Part shown: piece by piece, positions 55,200-64,000 of the stretch
Numbering within the stretch: position 1 is the first letter of the stretch
How the letters are laid out: each line of letters opens with the position of its first letter
NCBI GenBank assembly: GCA_951406725.2
Contig: OX597825.1
Coordinates: 33,046,001 to 33,110,000 of the forward strand
Source: Octopus vulgaris
Lineage: Eukaryota
DNA length: 64,000 nucleotides
Reading direction: 5' to 3'
Notes under the pieces: model-generated
Database searches by the model: none
What the model was told of the DNA's origin: nothing
The model's input: only the letters and a program-made list of their open reading frames with translations
Position numbers and translations under genes: made by a program

Positions 55200-55364
55200 G
55201 TTAATTATGATTTTATTCAACATATTCCCTTTCCAGATTTACACACTTATTGCAGCGGTCCTTCAGTTTTTCTAAGCTCTTTAAAAGAACTCGGAAGGTT
55301 GGGCCTCCAACCAGGCCTTTTGCGATACCCTTAAAGCCAGGAACTTTTAAGCTCCTCACTCATG

Positions 55365-55365
<1 letters not shown>
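55200..55365. mobile_element. Mariner-derived MITE end fragment
   Basis: Terminal ACCCTTAAAGCCAGGAACTTTT..CTC..GTA running into (TA)n, resembling a mariner-type TIR. Confidence 0.45.
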
Positions 55366-55447
<82 letters not shown>

Positions 55448-55558
55448 GTATATATATGTATCTATGTATGTATATATATATGTATATATATATATGTATG
55501 TATGTATGTATGTATATATATATATATATGTATCTATGTATGTATATATATATGTATA

Positions 55559-55643
<85 letters not shown>

Positions 55644-55829
55644 ATTGTTCAAATTAATAGAAAAACAAAGACGAAGACAGGTGTAGAAACAACAAAGTAT
55701 ATTAGTTTGACGCTCAGGAAAAATGGAAAAGTCTTTTACATTTTGAGCCTACGCTCTTCGACAAAAAGGAATAAGAGGAAATAAATAGAGAGAGAATGAT
55801 ATATACATATCATATTTTAGAAAAACATT

Positions 55830-56285
55830 AAATAAGGCTAATCTACGAATTAAAGTAGAGAGGTCTGGTGCCCCATTAAAATCCCTGATCTGCAATACCT
55901 ATCCCTTTGATAAGTCTTCCTGTACGGAGTACAATTGTGTTGTATATAGTATGAACCCACGGGTTAACTGTAAGGTTAAGAATGTAGCGTATAGCTTACA
56001 ATGTACTGAGGGACGGTGCAGAAACATAACAACTACCTCTATTGGATACACTGACCGCAGCATAGAAGAACGTATAGGGGAGCATTGGCGAGAGCTCAAA
56101 GAAGGAAAAGGCTTGTCAATGCTCTACCAACATGCACAGGCAGAACATGGAGGATCGATTAATAGCATAGAGGTTAAGTTATTATTGACACACAGAACTG
56201 ACACGACACTTAGATCACAAAGGCTACACACATAGCAGCAGATAGACTGAGCCTCAACAGAATACACGAATGGAACAGTAATACC
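55830..56285 (+). pseudogene. Penelope-like element ORF 3' end: Cys-rich linker plus GIY-YIG endonuclease (Neptune-like)
   Basis: The frame reads LRIKVERSGAPLK..YPF..C..YNC..C..KNVAYSLQC..C..IGYTDRSIEERIGEH..SMLYQH..EH; a frameshift precedes the ..LNRIHEWNS end. Confidence 0.82.
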
Positions 56286-57017
56286 CACCACCACACCATA
56301 TGACTAAAGACAAAAGTGATGAGAAGAGAGAGGAAAAAATCGTAAATGATACACAAAATCATACAGAGTAATTACATGCACAATAGACATATATGCACTT
56401 ACTTAGGAGAAATACTTATAAGAAATAGAGATAGATGTATAGAAAATAAATGAATATATATAAAAATGAATATATATATAAATAAATTTGTCACATATCT
56501 GGGTAAAATATAAGATATAGAGATAGATAAAATAAATAAATAAATAAATCTATATAAAGGGTATGGATGCATACAACATACGAAGCGAACCCATACACGC
56601 ACACAAACAAACACACAAGAAATTTCACGGACGGCCACAACAATATCAGCAACACGATTAACAACGACAGTAGCAGTGGTAATGATGGTAATAACAACAA
56701 CGGCAACAACAACTACCACGATGGCAACAGCGTGTGCGAACACACATACACAGAAGAATACAGGAAGAGTGCCACATTTTTCGGGTTTTAGGACAGCAGC
56801 AGCACAGTGGAGTGAAAGGATGGAGCTAGTGAGGGGATGGCCACACTGCTGCTAAAAACTATGACACACACACACAAGCATACACACATACATACACCCA
56901 CACGCGCAGGCACACGCACACATAAACAGGGACATAAACGCATGCGCACATAATGATACACACCTTAGAAGAACAGAATGGAGTAAGTGGAGCGAGGACA
57001 TACACGAAAATCAAAGG

Positions 57018-57062
57018 TGTCACTGAAGAGGTCACAGATGTGTGACGAAAGATTTCTGGACA
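57018..57062 (+). ncRNA. Degenerate type I hammerhead motif near a Penelope-like 3' terminus
   Basis: TGTCA-CTGAAGA-G-GTCACA(GATG)TGTGAC-GAAA-GATT-TC-TGGACA; stem II is perfect, stems I and III are imperfect. Confidence 0.5.
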
Positions 57063-57167
57063 ATGGACATGAGTTAAAAGAACAAAATAAGAACAGTAAT
57101 AAACGAGTAAAGAAAAAATATATAGCGCGTGTGTTTATTTGGCAAAAAAAAATTACCATCCCGAAAT

Positions 57168-57240
<73 letters not shown>

Positions 57241-57241
57241 C

Positions 57242-57369
<128 letters not shown>

Positions 57370-58892
57370 GCATGCATGCACGTATGTATGCACGAATGTA
57401 TGCATGTATGTATGCATGTATGTATGTATGTATGTATGTGTGTGTATGTATTATCAATTTAGTTTATGTATGGAATTTGTAGTTTGCTTTAGAAAGCCCG
57501 TCTATTGGTGTCGGCTAACAAAGATATGGATGTACATTAGAAGCTGAATGCAGATTGACAATAAAATTGTAGTCGAATATAGACATGTTCCAGAGGTAGT
57601 AATCCATGAAAGAGGAAACTGTCCATGAAAATGGTTCCTGGAGAATGGTCTATGGAAAAGAAGATTGGTTTTACTGATAATAGCAATAAAACTGGTTGAC
57701 AAAAACAAAAAAAGCAACAATAAATGTAAAATATGCTGCGAATAAGAAAGAAATTTTGCTGAAGAAATTATCGTCATCAAAATTGAAATTACTTCTAAAA
57801 TCTTTCCATAAAGAAACACTTCAATAAAAATTGTAATAAATGTGAGTATAAATGAAGAAACAGAATTAAAATGTTGAGATAAGCAGTGTCTAGGACTACA
57901 AGTAAAATACATAGATGAAAGAATGGAAGACGAACAAGCTATAATGAAATTTAAATTTTGAATGATTTAGGAAAATCTACAAGCAGCTGTCAATAGTTAA
58001 ACATTTACAAATAAACAAAAGGTGGTTACATCAAATTTGATACAGAAAATAGCAGTAAAGAAAAAGTCTAAAGTTAGAAAAGGTATAAAAAAAATCACTT
58101 GACTGATTGAAACTTCAAATAAAAACTGGTCTACCAAACTTGATTGCTTCCACAACGTCAAGTGATTTGTAACCAAAGATAAACAAATTAGAGAAACTCC
58201 AGTGACATTCACAGAAAAATATATTTTCCATTGAAGGATAAGTTGGCTAAACAACTGCAAAAGGAAATTTCAAAATGTCGGAAGCTTGACGATTTGTAAG
58301 AAAGAGATGCAAGGTATTTTAAGAAAATAAAACAACCAGTCTACATATAAACATAAAATGCCAGAATGAACAGAACTTGGTTGTTCCTTCCTGCCTCACA
58401 TTCTTGAAATTTGAATGTTGAAGAATCTATAGAAAAATGATTATTTTAATATATTATTCAACAATTTCATAAGAACGTGGATTAGTTACATAAAGAGCCG
58501 TTTGAATTGAAAATAACAAGAAAGAGTTTGGCAGAGACGGAAAGGAGCCAGTGATATGGCTTTAGTTTCATGAGAACTTCTGCACGGAAATGATGACGTT
58601 GTTGTCAGATTTTTTTTAGTGAGAAACATCAGTTACAATGTTATTTGAAGAAACAAGTGGCAACGGAATGGTATATTATTGTCATGGAAGTGTCCAGAAA
58701 ATACCCACAATCTGGTCGCTTATGATAGTAAATGCGTATCAGGAAACTTGCATTTGACAGAGAGTTGCTATATTCCGAGGTAAACCTGTAAAAAAAAACG
58801 TTGTAATGCTGTCTAAAGAAATATGTAAACACAGCACATGAAATATAAGTATCAAAATGGTTGTATTAAATTCATAATTTTCATTCTAATTT

Positions 58893-58975
58893 TTGGTTGC
58901 GGGGTGAGCCTTTTAGATAAAATTTAGAAATTTAGGTTGCGGGGTGAGCTTTTAGATAAAATTTATAAATTTGGG
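58893..58975 (+). repeat. Tandem duplication of a ~39-bp unit GGTTGCGGGGTGAGC(C)TTTTAGATAAAATTTA
   Basis: Two adjacent copies. Confidence 0.8.
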
Positions 58976-59647
58976 GATGATCCTAAAAAAAAATACGGAT
59001 AATTCACGTTTTCAGGTCAGGTTAATACTATAATAGAAAATGGAATCACACTAGAGCAAGTGAAGCCATAAACTGTAAAATATACACGGCAGTATAGAGT
59101 GAGACAACTGGGCGCAGCTATTTAGACGCTTATGATTTAGCACGGCTGCCTGGACATTCAGCCTGTTTGGGTGACAGTACTTTTGAGATTTTGGCGCTGG
59201 AAGCAAGCATGCACGCGCGTGCGCAGAAATAGGCAAATACAAATTGAAAGAATGAGAACAAGAGAAGAAAAGAGAGAGAGATTACAGTTTATTAAACGAA
59301 CATGATTGATATAAGCCCTTTCCCACTCCACATACAGATAAAAAGAAATATGCACACACATACACACACACACACACATATAGTGGGAGAGAGAAAGAGA
59401 GAGAGAGACTTTAAAAAGGAACAAAACATTTAAAACCAACTAACATTAAATTATCTAATGTCAAATCAGTCAGCATCGAATCAGTGACGCCAAACTAGCA
59501 GCGCCAAAACGGCTGTGCCACAATGTCTTATGCTCACTGTTGAAGGCTATGTAACAACGTATTTGGATCCAACAAATACACTCAGTATGAAGTAGCTAAT
59601 GGATATGAATATTTTAAAAACAGTACAATATATCTAAAACCGTAGCA

Positions 59648-59766
59648 GGATCTTAACAATAATTTAAGCAACAGAAGATATTTTCACAGAAAGAAATCCA
59701 GTTTAGTATGAAACAACATGGCACACATGAAGCTGAGTGAAAAAATACATAGGAGATATATTGAAA
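59648..59766 (+). repeat. Dispersed repeat, diverged homolog of 62763-62880
   Basis: Shared GGATC..TAATTTAAGCAACAGAA..GAAAGAAAT..ATGAAGCT..TATTGAAA. Confidence 0.6.
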
Positions 59767-60796
59767 GAATCTAGATGAAATCATGAAGAAAATTCAAAGA
59801 GACATAGAGAGATGAAAGGTTGTTCATAACAAAAGAAATAAAGGTGTGTTAGAGTATGAAAGATGTATACAGAGAAAAGAAATTAAGAGTAGCATGTTAA
59901 GTAACAATGAAATCGAAAATAGGTGGGAGAGCAATAAAAGCGATCTGGGTTTCACTAAGCTCAACGTTTGTGTGGAAGCAAATTTTAATATTAGAGAGAA
60001 CAGAGAGAATGATGGAGAAATGAAGGGTTTTGGGACGAAAATTTGGTGGGTTTCAACAAAAGTTTAGCAAAAAAGAAAAATTTTAGGAAAATAAAAATAA
60101 GAAATAAGTGGAAATTTTACTGGTGAGTGTGTTACATTATAAGGCACAAAAAGAAAATGACTCTCCCCAGACACAACAGAATGTGCTTCAACACACGAAC
60201 TCATATAAAGAATCTTGCAAACCAAATCCAAACGAAAAAAGAAAAAAATCTTGGACAAAACTGATCATAAGCAACATGATAAGAAAACTTTTCCGAGTGA
60301 ATTGGTGAGAAACTTAAATTTTTTTTTAAATAGTTCAAGGATTGCTAAACTACAAAATGGATTTCAAAATATGATGTTCTCCCTTGTGGGAATAAGCTGA
60401 CTAGAATCAGCAAAGAATGAATTATGTATGACGAACAGTGGAAATGACTTCATCGTACATATTTTATATTTTACCAGACAAACTGTAAAACACGCCATCA
60501 ATTGATTTATGGTTGTGAAGTTGTTGATGGAAATGAAGATTCTAAAAACAATGTAATAATTCTTTTTTTGGACTTGTGATTCTGGAAGCGCATCACAATC
60601 AGCTATGAAGAACAACATGTAAATATTGAGCTGAAAATCCCTTTTGGATAGGAAAAGTCGAAAGCTTTATAGGTGTATGTGATAATCTTTCGAAAAGCAC
60701 GATTCTAAAAAGAATTGTTTCACGTTTTCTTGAAAGTTTATAAAATTATTATGATGTCAACAATACACACACACACGCACACACACGCAAACGCAC

Positions 60797-60868
<72 letters not shown>

Positions 60869-60884
60869 CATATGTATATATCTA

Positions 60885-61690
<806 letters not shown>

Positions 61691-62298
61691 TGTTGACAAA
61701 GGCTGCGTGGCGTTCAATTATAAATAACTAAAAATACACATTAAGTACATGACATCACCAGCGAGTGAAAAATACGTAAACACACGAGAGATAAGTACAA
61801 GACAAAATACCAAAAGAAATCTAACACCACCTCAGTTATCGACTGTTTATTACTACCTGTTTTGTACTTTCAATGTCAAGACAGGTAAACTTCATAAGAT
61901 AGCAGTATCCAGTTTTGCGCTATTATTGATTGATGATTCCGGATATTATTCGCGTGTTTATGTACTAATGTTCTTGGTTGGTTTGTATTACCATTTTAGT
62001 ACTTTTCCTCTTCCGAACGTCCAGTTTCCTCTATAGAGACTTCATTCTTTCCGATATAGGAGAAATATAGAATAATCATTTTTTAATAATAAGTTCTTAC
62101 ATTTTTCCCCTACATTACGTTTCAGCCAATTGTTATTGTCCATATTTGCGCCTTTAATGTGCATTATGGTGTTAAAAAACAATGGCTTTTCTGGACATAT
62201 TGACTGCTATTTTTCGTACCTCTTACACCATTTGTTTGTTTTGTTCTTTATAATCGAGAGAAACAAAAAAATAGTAGCCAGTATGTCCAGAAGAGAGA

Positions 62299-62692
62299 TG
62301 CGCAGGAGTAGCTATGTTTTAAGAAGCTTGCTTCCCAACCACATGGTCCCGGGTACAGTCCCACTGCTTGGCACCTTGGGCAAGTGTCTTCTACAATAGC
62401 CTCGGACCGACCAAAGCCCTGTGTGAAGATTTGGTAGACGGAAACTAAAAGAAGCCTGTCGTATATTATTTGTGTGTGTGTGTATTTGTGTATCAGCGTT
62501 TGTCCCTCCACCATCGTTTCCTACCGATATCGGTGAGTTTACGTCCCTGTAAGTTAGTGGTTCGGCAAAAAAGAACGATAGAATAAGCACTAGGCTTACA
62601 ATGAATAAGTCCTTGGGTCGATTTGTTCGACTAAAGGCGGTGCCCTAGTATGGCCGCAGTCAAATGACTGAAACTAGTAAAAGAATAAAAGA

Positions 62693-62695
<3 letters not shown>
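62299..62695 (+). mobile_element. SINE family A
   Basis: Consensus head to tail, moderately diverged. Confidence 0.88.
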
Positions 62696-62764
<69 letters not shown>

Positions 62765-63559
62765 ATCCTAGCAGTAATTTAAGCAACAGAAAATAGAAAA
62801 TATTTACATGGAAAGAAATTCAATTCAGTTCGACGACAAGATGAAGCTAATTGAAAGAATATATAAAAGATGTATTGAAATTTTAAATATCATATGCAAA
62901 GAGCCATTCCTACAAGGAAGCTAGATTAAATTTTAGAAAGCAATTAATTATAAAATGTATTTAATTAATGCGCATTGATTTGATATATGTTATTCTAGCG
63001 AGAAAAGACTTTCGCGAAAAACAGTAAATAAAATCCGAAAGATTAACAAGAATTAAGATTTGATAATCATAATAGGGAGAGATGATATATAGACAAGATC
63101 GGTTTATTGTGTTGTCGTAGTTGCTGTTGTTATTGTTGTTGTTGTTCTGTAGCTCCACATCTGCTGTGATGGAGCTGACCGATGATCAAAGGCATTCCAG
63201 CTGTGACCATTATGTGATTTTTTAAAAAATATATTTGCGACTACGTTGTCTCATCAACACATCAATCGCGCATTAAAAGAACGCGCCATGCCTCTTTTAA
63301 GAAAGTGAAATGATTTCTTTGGTATTTCTAGCAGATCTTATGACCGTACAAGACGGTATTCATAGACGCGTGATGACTCTGATTTGTGTGTTGTTTGGAT
63401 GGAAGGATATTATGTTTTACAGTGGGATATAAAAAAATGGAATTATTTATAAATAAAAAAAATTAGAACGGCCTCTGTTGCTATACCCCGATACGGGTTG
63501 ACTTCTAAATTATTCAACAAAAAGTTCCTGTATAAAAATAATATCTGCTAGAATCCAGA

Positions 63560-63990
63560 GTTTCATCGACTGATTTGGAAACACACTTGAGGAACTCAGT
63601 ACCAAAGACTGTGATAGAGAATAAGAAATATATGACTTTATAGGACTTCACCATAAAGACTGACCATTCTTTTGATACAAGAAGGCCAGGTTTGGTTATA
63701 GAGAACAAAATAAACAAATGATCTAAGATCAAAGACTGCAATTCTCTACAATAACAGACTGGATACCAAATAAATTGAGAAAATTGAAGAATAATAGGAC
63801 CGAGCAAGAGAGATAAAGAAATAGCGGATGACAACAGTTATTCTTGTAGCAATTGTTGCACTTGGCACAACATCCAAAACGTTATCTTAAGAGACTGAAG
63901 GAAATTAGAATTGAGATTCGCATTGTCAAACTGCAGAAAAACTTCCATTCTGTATTCGGCAAGAATCCTAACAAAGCTTCTTGAGACTTC
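63560..63990 (+). mobile_element. Decayed restriction-like endonuclease (RLE) C-terminus of an R4/Dong-like non-LTR retrotransposon
   Basis: Remnants VPKTVIENKKY..L*DFTIKTDH..RRPGLVI..K*IEKIEE..VAIVALGT..LQK..SARIL.K.LE match the ILWDF.I.TD..RRPD..KE.EK.EKY..IGALG motif series. Confidence 0.75.
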
Positions 63991-64000
63991 GTATCACCAA

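Noticed and set aside
57500-60630. Purine-rich, coding-looking AT-rich stretch
   Set aside because: Riddled with stops and no motif I can assign confidently; probably ancient TE debris.

Overview
AT-rich eukaryotic, repeat-saturated non-coding DNA. The SINE families and dense (TA)n/(TG)n/(GATA)n/(CATA)n microsatellites point to an Octopus-type cephalopod genome (inference from recognised repeats). I found no host gene exon I can support, and nearly all tracked ORFs are translations of simple repeats. The window holds more than 20 tRNA-headed SINE copies (two main families), fragments of RTE, Jockey/CR1-like, R4/Dong-like (RLE) and Penelope-like (GIY-YIG) retroelements, a deleted mariner, MITEs and a non-autonomous Helitron. 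The most interesting signal is a set of sequence-unrelated type I hammerhead-ribozyme (HHR) motifs. Near-intact ones lie at 18358-18465, 35520-35565 (with a mirror copy on the minus strand) and 49100-49182; decayed ones lie at about 16750-16800, 19735-19813, 55730-55770 and 57018-57062. Most share a short palindromic stem III, two have unusually long stem II inserts, and several sit inside fold-back elements in (TA)n/(TAA)n tracts. All structures were read by eye and none was computed.
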